Made by a program: the position numbers and the translations under genes. 64,000 nucleotides of DNA, taken from positions 78,616,001-78,680,000 of the forward strand of contig OZ038378.1 in assembly GCA_964036045.1 (NCBI GenBank), given 5' to 3'. This stretch comes from Eutreptiella sp. 'Long Island Sound 2002' (Eukaryota > Protista > Euglenida). Positions 38,182-48,735 of this stretch are shown here, in pieces; position 1 is the first letter of the stretch; every line of letters begins with the position of its first letter. Below the pieces are notes generated by a model. The model was not told the DNA's origin and searched no databases. It saw only the letters and a list, made by a program, of their open reading frames with translations.

Positions 38182-39772
38182 GTGCCACTGAGCCGGCGCA
38201 CTTCGTTTATTGTCATAGCGCTAGCGCTCTCCACAACAAACCCACCCACAACGGCGTCTCTTGGACCAGCTGGTGAGCCTGAGGACAAGCCCGGCTGGCA
38301 GTTTGAGTACCAAGGACCTGCCCTTGATTGCCCCCCCGAGTTGTGGGAGCCCCATAGTGGTCACGGTTGTTGACCTTGCAAGCCACGAAGGTCACCCAAA
38401 CCTCTAACAGCCGTGGTGCACGAGCCAAGCAATGGACCAGCCTCCTGAGTGGCCACCGCAGCGCTTGATCGAGCCCGCAAGAATGAAGTATGCCCTAATG
38501 CTGGCCACAAGAGGGGTGGGAGGCCACGCTGGGGGTGGCCGGGCGCCGATGGAGACGGTTGAAGGACCGCATGGCCTCGTGTGACCTTGACGTGGTGAAT
38601 CCGCATGGTTGCAGGGTATTGTGCCGGTTCATGTACACCGAGCATGGGTTTGCCATGCCCACCATGCATGATGGGGGTAGCCACGTGCACTACCGGGAGG
38701 TTGCCACAGAATTGTGGGAACAACTTGCAAAACGAAACAGTGGCCGGCCAGGCAGTCGTAAGGCCGGTGCTATTGCCAGGTGGCCGTCAAGTGTGAAGAT
38801 AGCAGAGCAAAGGGAGGTTTGGTGTGAACTGGTGCGTGCCCTACCTTTGGTCGACGAGTGGCCGTTCTGGACTGGGGACGAGGCATATCCCACCACTACC
38901 ATGGGTTACTTCTATGACAAGGCTATTCGCCACGCTACGCCTGGCCCATATCTGTGGTCCCAAGCGACAAGTGTGCCCAAACCACTGGTGAGCGACCTGT
39001 TGCCAGGCCCCAAGGCGCCTCTGCCCGTTGGCGCAACTCGTTGCTGCCTGAGGCTGCGGACTCACGTGCGTGTGTCACTGTCAGACAGACACGGCAAGAG
39101 CGCTTTGACCAAGCGTTGCTGCAAGCCGCCCATGGGGCAGCCCGCTGCCTCACGATTGCATGCCAGGGGATACAAGAGCAGTGCAAGGAACCATTGACCG
39201 AGGACAGCCTGGTGGCAGCATACACGCTGGGTTGCCACTTCGCCAATAGCATGCGGGTGCCCATGCAAGACTGCAACGAGCTGTTGATGCGTTGCAGCCC
39301 CTTTAGCCCACTGGTGCCAAACAGTCACCCCGGCCATCCGCATGCGGCCGTACGGGTTGTGGACAACGCGTGGAGGGATGATGGAGGTCTTGAGATGTTG
39401 CAGCTACTAGTGGAGGAGATGGAGGCGGCCGGTGTACAGCCTGCATACACCCAACGATTAAGTCCACAAGGGCACCCTGGAGGTGACCCAAGTGACTCCA
39501 CGTCCTCTGCCGTAGCGCAGGGGGTTGGAGCGGCGGTGCTCATGGCAAGAGACCCCTCAGGCGATGAGTCTGTGACTCCCACTTCGTCCTCCCTGGCACA
39601 AGGGCGTGGTCCCCCGGCAGGTGCACAAAGTGTGGATAGCCCTGGTGAGGTGTTCAGTCCACCTGACCCCCCCCGGGTGGTGCGACCGACTCCCCGGCAT
39701 GTGTTGGACATGGAACACCAGACCCCAGGTCCCAGGTCTGCCCCACCGATGAGTCACCTATTGCATCCATAG
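38182..39772 (+). pseudogene. Unknown coding-like N-terminal region of the hAT-linked multidomain frame
   Basis: Overlapping ORFs 38535-39197 and 38954-39772 read as globular protein (YREVATELWEQLAKR, WCELVRALPLVDEWPFW, RVVDNAWRDDGGLEMLQLLVEEM) and are joined by a frameshift. No family recognised. Confidence 0.45.
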
Positions 39773-40269
39773 TAGACCCTACAGGGGTTCTCACGCCACA
39801 CTCCCCAAGCCCCCACCCTGCGTGTTTGACACCGGCGGTTAGTGATGGAGGGGTGGCGAGTTCCTTGGAGCAGTCTCCTATACCACTTGCACAGAAACCC
39901 AAGGAGCCAGCTGCTGTGGACTGTACTCCTTCTAGCACAGGCACTGTGGCGACAGTGAAGGCAGTCAGTCCAGTGCGGATTCAGGGTCGACCCCGGTTGA
40001 ACACCCCAGTTCATTGGCGACAGTGAAGGCTTGCAGTCAGTCCAGTGCGGATTCAGGGCCGACACCGGTTGAACACCCCAGTTGATTGGAACAGAGCCCA
40101 TGGAGCAAGAAGCGCCCAGGGGTTACACCCCCAAGTAATGGGGCTGCCGTGAAACGTGGCAAGAAAGAGCAAGGCGCAAAGACAACTCCGATAGATGCTG
40201 ATGCTATTGCATTGGACGACGTGGATCAAGAGCCCAACAAGGCCGAGGGTGGCAGAGTCCTACCAACCG

Positions 40270-40790
40270 TGAGGTCCTTGAAGCTTCGCATTCTTCCGGA
40301 CCAGTACGTTGCAGGGGCATGTTTCTACTATGCCGTGGCCCAAAGCCTGCATGCTATTAGCAGCAACGCCCCGTTGGACAGCGCATCGCTGCGGGCAAAA
40401 GCCATTGCCGTGTTTCGCGACATGTGTGGGCTTTCAGTTCAAGAGTCTGCACTATCTGTGAACCGGGATCTTGAGAAGGACACATGGCATGGCCGGCCCC
40501 AAGGGGGAATGCCTGAGCACTTTGCTGCCTTGGCGCAGCATGTGGATGGTAGTGTGGTGTTGCTGCGATCAAACAGGTTCAACATTGTGACGTCAGGGTT
40601 TGGGATGGACAGCGCGTTGACATCCGCTGCTATTTGGGTGCTTGGACGGGAGAATCCGCTGCACTTCCATGACTGTGGGGATATGGAGGAGCAGTGCCAC
40701 CGCGCGATGGTGGTGGTTATTGCCGGGGCGGAACGAGATGGTGTCAAAGGAGGTGGTCATTTCCGGGGTGCAGTCTTTGACCATTCGCTG
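40270..40790 (+). CDS. OTU-like cysteine protease domain within ORF 40086-41405
   Basis: YVAGACFYYAVAQSL...SASLRAKA (catalytic Cys codon 40320-40322), QGGMPEHFAALAQHVDGSVVLL (WGG.E..ALA box) and GGGHF (His, 40758-40760). Confidence 0.72.
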
Positions 40791-40929
40791 CAGGTAGCCC
40801 CCTTTTGCACGTTGCACGGGATCATGGGCATCTTGCCATACAAGCGTGGGCCGGTTGGGGGGTTTAGAGCGTGGCATTTGCAGCTAGGGGTTGGCGGTAT
40901 GAAGGGCCACACCAACGCAAAAGACTGCC

Positions 40930-41400
40930 GCCGCACTCGTCTAGTGCAACAGACGCGCACTTACAAGCCACTTGTGACCCTGGTGAACAAGATGGCAAGG
41001 CAGATGTTGTCTGATTGGTTCACATGGACCACCATGCGATTGTCTTGCACTATCCTCACAAAACCGCATCAGCGTGTGCATGACACGTCCCCTTGGTGGG
41101 CAGTGTTTTCCACCGGCCAGCACACGCGGGGACACTTATGGGTGGAGGTGGGTGGTGTATCTAATGGTCCGGGTGGACGGGGATGTAGTATGCAGTGCTT
41201 GGATGGTGTTACACGGGATGGCGCCACGTACGATGTATGCCAGCAACCGGTTCTCGTACGTACCGGTGCATGGCATGGCACTTGTTCTTGGCACGGGGAG
41301 AGGAGGTTGGTGGTGTTGTACTCCCGTGGTGACTGGCGGACACTCCTGCCGTGGGACCGTGCATTCCTCAATGAGACCGCATTCCGCTTACATGCAGGTG
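40930..41400 (+). CDS. 2OG-Fe(II) dioxygenase domain, TET/JBP-like, fused in frame to the OTU domain
   Basis: FTWTT..L...TKPHQRVHD...FSTGQHTRGHLWVE...YDVCQQPV...WHGT.SW.GERRLVVLYSR gives the DSBH pattern with distal His (41274-41276) and the 2OG-binding R-x-x-V-x-Y. The proximal HxD reads HQR, so it is non-canonical or mutated. Confidence 0.68.
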
Positions 41401-41429
41401 CATAGTGGGCCACTTGGTGGAGCACCGTG

Positions 41430-42310
41430 GCGACCATGGGGAACGGAGAATCCATATAGGTACAACTGGTGTTGGTTGGGTACCACGCTGCAGTGCCTGT
41501 TGGTGGCGTCGGGTGGACATGGAGGATAGCACGCAAGATGCCTGGACGAGGAGGGTGTCTGGGGACCATTGTGGCAGGGTGTTGTGGCACATGGAGGAGG
41601 TGGTGCATACAATCCACAGGACATTGCTGAGAGGCTAGCCATGGAGGATGCCATGTGAGAGACGGTGTGCCGATGCAGCGGACGATGCAAGTGCAAAGCC
41701 CCCGCACCAAAATTCCAATGGATGCGGCAGGCAGAGATGGCGGAATGTTGGAAGTACATGGTGCCCAAGCTCACGGCCGCTGGGGCGGTTGCTTTGTCAT
41801 GTTGTTTGTCCTACGAGCAGTTCTGGCAATACTCTGGTGCCTGTGGGGTGAAGGTTCCGCGGGAGGGGGGGGGAGACAGGCATGCCAGCGCAGGCACGGC
41901 ATGTGATGAATCAGGGGCAGAGTGTACGACAGCGCGTGAAGGAGGGAATGAAGGGGCAACCGGTTGGGTTACCTGATAACCCCCCCCCCCCTTGTCCGTG
42001 TGGGAGTGACCTGAGGGAGGCAGCAATGTATGCATCTTTGGTGTTCAATGAGGTCGTGGGGTTACATGTCCATAACCAATAGGAGTACAAGTTGGTTGTG
42101 GACCATGAGTTTCTCGATTGCTTGGGATGGAAATGGTCCTTGCATGCCATGGTGTTGCACATTGGATCAACGAGGGAGGAGGGTCACTTTGTGGTGTATG
42201 TCGTTTCCAACGACAGGTGGTGGCTCTGTAACGACACCACGGTGAAGGTCATGACCCCCCCCTTGACCCGCGAAAAGCGACGTTTCTGCTATACAAACGC
42301 AAACAAACCG
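41430..42310 (+). pseudogene. USP / peptidase C19 deubiquitinase domain, broken by stops and frameshifts
   Basis: Cys box GTENPYRYNWCWLGTTLQCL (Cys 41470-41472), YNPQDIAERL (QQDA.E-like) and His box WSLHAMVLHIGSTREEGHFVVYVVSNDRWWLCNDTTV (His 42185-42187). Confidence 0.82.
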
Positions 42311-42379
42311 ATTTGGTTGTACCAGACATGTCGCAGTTTGCCTCCCAACGGACAGGACCCCCAGCCCTTGGTCAGACAC

Positions 42380-42645
42380 GGGATGCCCATAGCACACCTA
42401 TTGACACCTCGGTGCAAGCCATGGCGCTGGCACCAGGTGCGCCCCCCCTCCCCTCCTTCAACACAGGGTGCATCAAGGGTTGGGTACAGGCAGAACAGGC
42501 CTATGCATGCCCAGAGCGTGCCTATGGACGCCTCTGTGCCAGCCACGGCGCTGGCACGAGGTGCACCCCCCCTCCCCCACCTGCAACACAGAGTGCATCA
42601 AGGGTAGGGGACCGGAACATGAGTGTGCATGCCCAGAGCATGCCC
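42380..42645 (+). repeat. About 122-bp coding-like tandem repeat linking USP and transposase, about 2.5 copies
   Basis: (C/G)ATGCCCA(G/T)AGC recurs at about 42382, 42506 and 42628, encoding D.SV.A.ALA.GAPPLP. Confidence 0.7.
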
Positions 42646-42705
42646 GATGAGATGTGTGTGGCTGCCTCGGCGCCGCTATAGACGTCCTCAGAATTTGTTG
42701 AGGCA

Positions 42706-45300
42706 GTGGCACAGTTGCTGCAGAAGCGCAAGGTGCGAGTGGCAAGGCATCTGAGAGTGCGTGCTGAAGCACACCAGATGCAACTTAGAGCGCGGCATGC
42801 AAAAGAGTGGGATGCGCGGCATGCAGAGCATGGCATGTCACAATCGTTAGTGGCACAGTCAGTGGAGCAGGACAGGTTGAGGTCTGTTGCATTGGCCGCA
42901 TCAGGGAAGGATGCATTGTGCGTGTTGATGCAGGCCACTCCCATGCAACTGGACAGTGGTCCGAAGACACTACAAATGTTTGTAGCCGCTCATTGGCAGT
43001 ATCAATTCACGACAAGTGGGGGTGTTGAGTGTGTGTGTTGTGCGTGGGCTAATGTGTGTGGCATTCCTGGGGTGGCGCGTACCCCTAAGACCAGTGAAGC
43101 CTTGGTATTGGGAACATATGCTGCAGGGAAGCGCATGAAGACCTTTGGCCCAAAAACGTGGCGGAAGGAGGTGTTGGAAAGCCACTTGGGGTTATCACGT
43201 GGCAAAACATCAACGCGAAAGAACTTGCGTAGGCCAGCGCACCACCACCGACTGGCCGAAGACAGTTTCAAGCTGCATTGTGCAGAGCGATATCGCGCAT
43301 TGTGCCCCAGTGCTGCTGCCACAGCTGACGTGGTGGGAGGGAACATTGTGTTCATCAGGGGGGAAGCCATGGACATTGGTGTGGCTATGTCGGATGCTGA
43401 GGCAGCCATTCTGTAACGGTTGGTTGAGGTGTATATTGGGTTACGCATGTGCACTTCCATCCGTGCTATAAGTGAGCGCATCCTTCTGCACTGCTCTCTG
43501 ACATCTGCCCCTGGGCACCATGCATCACGGCGGTGGATAGTTGAGAAGGCCATTGCAGCAATGCATGATGCCATGCAAGATGAGGTAGCGCACACCTTAT
43601 TCTTGGCATCGTCCATTGCAGTGTTGCTTGACGGCTCGGATAGGCAGAGGCATCGCATCAATGAGTACGCCATTCTGCTTATTTTCCCGGAGACTGGCCC
43701 TGGGGGCATGTGTGAGGTGTTCCTTGGTGTGGTGGATGTGGCCTGTGGTGATGCGCATGAGGTTGCAACGCAGCTAGAATGCGTCCTGCTGTCCTAGATT
43801 CCTGACCGTGATTGGTGGGCAAAGAGGGTAGTGACCTTTGCAGTGGACGGGGCTTCTAACCTTGTTGTGCGAGTTGCCAGTGCGCGGCAGGTTGTTGATG
43901 TCTCTATCATTGAGAGCAATGTGTTTGCCTTGATACGGAAGTGGTTAGGGTTGATGACACCCTTGGGTGAGCCGTGCCACGTGTTGCAGCGCAAATTGGG
44001 TCTTGCATTGGAGGCTGCTAGCCCAACCCATGTTGATTACTTGGCGGCCGTCAATCGGCAAGGAGGCTTGTACAATGGGGCACGGCAGTGGAAGGAGTTG
44101 CAAAAGTGTGTGCAAAAGCATGTGCAGGATAAACGAAGTGGCTTGCAGCTCATCCCCACAAGTCATCGCATCAGGTGGTCACAGGCGCATGCATGGCGCA
44201 ACACTGCTTTTTTGGCCAATGTCCTTTGGGTGGCACGACACTTGGATTCCAAGGTGCAGCATTCTACCAAGGAGGAGGATGTGTGGGAGGACTGCCATGA
44301 TGCCAGTTTGCTTGCATGGGGGGTGGTTTATGGGGACATCCTGCATGGCATGCGTTGTTTTAACAGTGTGGCACAACTACGTGCGCCCACTGGTGCACAC
44401 TTAGCCACTGCAACAGGTATGCTACAAGCCTGGTTGCGGAGGGTGGCTCGCAAGGAGGGTCCAGGGTGGTTGCAATTCAAGGAGTAGACTGTGACCGGTG
44501 CGTGGCGTGGTGTGCAATTGGTCCAGTTTGATTCAAGTGGGCAGAAGTGTGCAACAACCCCTCCTTTTTCAGGCGTTCAGGCGCGTGCAGTGACTGATAT
44601 GTTGCTTGCAGGCATCAAGGAGGGGCAGGCAACCATTGACCCCAAGGGGGTGTTGGAGTGCGCAGTATTGTTGGACCATGGCCGTTTCGTTGCCCTCCCG
44701 GTCAATGAGCGTGCTGCATATGGGGTGGAGCAGTTGCGTCCGTTCATGGCTTCATACCAAGAAGAGTTGCGCGCAGCACATGTGAACTGTGACCGTGCCT
44801 TGGTAGAGTGGGAAGGCCTTAAGGAGCACATGCTGCAGCACTTTGCAACTGTGCAAATGTCCAAGATGTGGGAGGCATTGGCACCTGAAAGGGCACATGC
44901 ACAGTGGGTGAATGTGTGGCGCGTTCTCGCATTATTGCGAACATATTGCCCCGCTGAAGCTGCAGTAGAGCGTGCCATCTCTTTGCGTGGGAGGTTCTAC
45001 GGTAGTATGCATGACACTGTTGAGACACATGTCCTCAGCATGTGCATGGCATTGCATTCCAACTTGCCCCCTTTACAGCAATGGGCAAAGGGACAAGGCG
45101 TTGCAGTGGCACGCCACCTGGCTGCCCATGCACGCTTCGATCTGCGCCCAAGACAGAGGGTTTCAAGGAAGGTAGGGGACAGAGAATCTGTGGAGGCTGC
45201 AATGCTTCAATGTCTGCAAGGTTATGAAGCAGTGGCTGATGATGGTGACAGCCTGCCCATTCTTTGGAGGGCCAGGTACACCACTGAGGTCAACGGCACC
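42706..45300 (+). pseudogene. hAT-superfamily transposase (ZNF862/DUF4371-like) with N-terminal TTF-type zinc finger
   Basis: One frame with three in-frame stops (43414, 43795, 44485). Motifs: GVECVCC...LESH...HHHR (ZnF), VLLDGSD (D1), EVFLGVVDV, FAVDGAS (D2), PCHVLQRKLGLAL, IRW and YCPAEAAVERAIS...LSMCMALHSN (dimerisation domain, catalytic E). Confidence 0.88.
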
Positions 45301-45960
45301 CTCAGGAAAGGCCACAGAACGGCACCAGGCAGATGTGGTCAACACTGTTGCATCCGATGGGACCCGTGACTCGCATGCTGGCAACCATGACTTCATCACT
45401 TTTCGCAGAGGTATGGAGTGTGCCACATGCAAGAAGGAAGTTTGCATCTGGTGCAATACATGTCTGGTGTGCCATGCATGCGTTTGCGCAAGTTCCTTGT
45501 GGGAACGTGGTGGTGAATGTTGTAGATGATGTCTGTGATGAGGGGGAGAACAATAGAGCAGACTAATTGGCCACACCACGCAAGCCAAATAAGGGGCGTG
45601 GTGTGGCCAGGATGCGGGCGAAATTGGTGATGGCAGCGCAGAATGGCAGGCTGCGTGATTGGTCAAAGGGGGCGTTGTTGAATTGTGTGGATGTGCTTGG
45701 TGTGAAGGTGGCAGGTAACAGCAATCGGCGGGAACTGCGGGACCTTGCTACGCAGCAAGCGTTGCCATTATTGCAAGAATGGGATGCCTTTGTGCCGGAC
45801 ACAGACCGTGTCACCCGTTCTGCGGCACCACCAAGCAGCTCCCAGCCAAGTTGCTCGCCGCCAGTGGATGTCATGGATGGACTCATCGATGAATGTGAGG
45901 ATGCCCACGTATTTGCATGTGCCTTTTTGTTGTTGTGTGCTGTCTTCGAAGATTTTTCCC
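45300..45960 (+). pseudogene. Cys-rich segment and HeH/SAP-like motif downstream of the hAT domain
   Basis: CATCKKEVCIWCNTCLVCHACVC (about 45418-45490), then WSKGALLNCVDVLGVKVAGNSNRRELRDLA in ORF 45567-45983. Confidence 0.45.
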
Positions 45961-46189
45961 ATTTTCCCTGTTGGCACATCTGATGTTCTGTGGCGTTACC
46001 ATGACCATTTTATTTGTGGATCTGAGTTTAACTGATGCCAATTGCAATGGTCATGATGCTATCCCTTGAGATGTTTCCCGTTTTCCCTGTTTGGCACATT
46101 TCCCCCACGTTTCCCATTTGGTTTTCAGTGCTACATATGGCTTTTTTGTGTGGTGGTCGTTCAACTTTCCCACTTTTCCTGCTCCCACA

Positions 46190-46238
46190 TTTTCCCCTTT
46201 CCCCTTTCCCCTTTCCCCTTTCCCCTTTCCCCTTTCCC
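46190..46238. repeat. (TTTCCCC)n simple repeat
   Basis: Seen directly. Confidence 0.95.
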
Positions 46239-46241
46239 AAA

Positions 46242-46489
46242 GTACACAAACAAATTGTCGGCTCAAACAACCAGAATCAGAATCAAATTGAAGTTGTCAC
46301 ATACATTGCTGCCAACAACAGGTGTGCAATTGTTTTCCAAACGGGGGGGTCTGTGTTTTCTGTGGCGCCTTTTCTCCTTGGGGGGGGGGGGGGGGGGGGC
46401 TGGAAAGCACCCAATAGTGGGGGGGGGGGATGGGTGGGGGGGGTTTCCTGTGAAGAATTTGATGTGGACAACGGCGGGGGGGGGTTGAT
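46242..46489 (+). repeat. About 250-bp dispersed repeat, copy B
   Basis: Inverted homologue of 21479-21740. Confidence 0.9.
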
Positions 46490-47082
46490 TTAGGCATAGT
46501 TTCTCCCAATTTCCTCTAGGCATGGGACCCCTAGACCCACCTCCAGTACATAAGAATATCAGACATCTTCTTGGACAGACCGCACACACAACATCCCTTA
46601 TCAGACATCAGACATCAGACTTTATGCACATAGCTGGTCAACAAGTTTTGATTGTGCAGCCAATGGGGGGCTGCCCGGGACCCGACCCTTTACGCCGACC
46701 CCCCCGCTCTCCCTAGAAATTGGCCGGAAAGTGCCGGACCATGGGCGCCAAAGGTGCCCTAAGGAAAATTTGCTTAATCTCGTAGAGGGTCAAAAATTGC
46801 GTTTTCACCCCACGTGTCTGCACTCAAAACACGCAGTTCTTTGAAGAGAACTCAATAATCGATGAAAACCAAAGTGGACCAAATATCAATACCACCCATG
46901 TGCAAAGGTTTGTCAGAGATGACCCATAACCTAGTGGGTGAAGCACTGCCTTTGAAGCTGAAAGGTTCTGGGTTCAATCCCTAGTGGGGGCAATCTACAG
47001 GACTCGAGGAAGGATGAGGGACACAATGGAAAAAAATTTTATGTTTTTTTTGGTTTGTTTTTGGTGCTTTGAATTTATACCA

Positions 47083-47329
47083 TTTGTTGGGGAACCCCGA
47101 GAATGCAAGGGTTATGTAGCATTTCTGCCCATTTTTGGCCCCCGAGGAAGGCAAGGTTGGGCAGCCAATTCTGATTTTGTCCCCTTTGTTGGGGACCCTC
47201 GGGAATGCAAGGGTTATGTAGCATTGCCACCCTCTTTTGGGCCCTTGACAAGGGAGAGGTGCGGCAGCCAATTCTGAATTTGTCCCTTTTGTTGGGGACC
47301 CCCGCGAATGCATGGGCTATGTAGCATTT
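47083..47329. repeat. About 102-bp tandem repeat, about 2.5 copies
   Basis: TTTGTTGGGGA.CCC...GAATGCA.GGG.TATGTAGCATT at 47083, 47185 and 47288. Confidence 0.9.
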
Positions 47330-48735
47330 AAAAAATGCACTGCGCGCGTTGCAACCCCCCCCCCCCTGTCCTCCAAAGGGTTTCGAAACATACATGAACT
47401 CCTTCGTCTAAACAAGCATGGTTCGGCCTGGTTGGGGCGCCACTGGCAACAGTGGCTGGGAATTGACTCTGGGCCACTATGCCCTTGCACACAAGCTCCA
47501 CCTACCATCACCATTTTGCAAACATACATACCACAAAAATGTTCATTGCGATCAGGGGGTCATTTTAAGCCATATATGTTGGGGTCCGGGTGCCCCCCTA
47601 CCGTTCAGCTGGCCCCAGACCCCGCCCCCACCCCGGCCCAGCCCCCCCCTCCCCCCTCCCCCACCCCTCCCTGAAATTGGCTGGAAAGTGGGAGGGAGTC
47701 GGCGTATGGCCCATTGCTACGCCCCGTCCGTGTGTGTAGCTGCATCTCATGAGGGCTTGGACTGTGATGCGATGTCAGATGTAACAACCGGTGGGGGGCC
47801 GGCTCATTGTGTGCAGGCGTGACCACATGCTTATCTTTGAGAGTGGCTGACTGGCAGCATAGCAGCGGTACAAGCGGACTAGGATGGTTCCTTCCAATTT
47901 GTCCACCTCTACTCTTCTCCTCCGGACAGAGAATATATGTTTCAGCCATAGTATGGGCTTCCAATCACTAGGCAAACGACGTTTTTTCACAGCTTTGGCA
48001 CCAGAACCATTTTTGCACTGAGACGTGCCATTGAGGGTTAATGATTACATCAAAAATTCAAAAGAAATGGGAGCATTGAATGACTGTTTGTGGCACGTTT
48101 GATCAATATTTCCCCGTTGCACTTGTCCAATTAGTGGGACGCGTTCTAGCTTGCTAGCTTGCTAGCGGAAAATGCAACTTATAGTTATCTGCCCTTTTGT
48201 GGATCTTTTTTACACCTTTCCCTGGGGTGCCAATGACCCGTCGCAGCATTTCTGATTTCTGAACAAGGTCCGGATCCTACACTATTAGTTTCAAACGCTG
48301 ATGGAACAATGTTTTTCCACTCACAACTCGGTATAGAGAAAATGTCATATTTGACCGAGATTTGTCAATGTTCACGGTGCTGCGCCCCGAAATTTTCATT
48401 GGTCATACATTTCCGTTCCGGGGGATTAATACCCTGCCGTGCGCTTATTTTTCAAAAGAGTGCATTTTTTACGGCGACCTGGGTTTGGGGGTTTACCGCT
48501 GTGTGCATGTGCATAGTGCGCCCCAAGCCTCTAGTCACAGTGCAAAATACAGCAAGTAATGTTACCAAGTGAAAGCCTTTGTGGGTGTTCTCTTGGCTGC
48601 TGTGCTGTTGTTCAATGCACCGTTTGTCTCATGCAAATTTGTGGCATCCATCACCATCAGCCTGGGCTACGTCTGTGTTGGTTGATGACGGAGTTGATGC
48701 AGGAGTTGTGCCCATTCCGAGATACAGACATGAAT

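Noticed and set aside
31865-44487. Alternative genetic code (TAA/TAG = Gln)
   Set aside because: TAR codons are rare compared with CAA/CAG in the same frames, TGA stops and frameshifts also occur, and GLO2 uses CAG/CAA. Mutation explains the pattern better.
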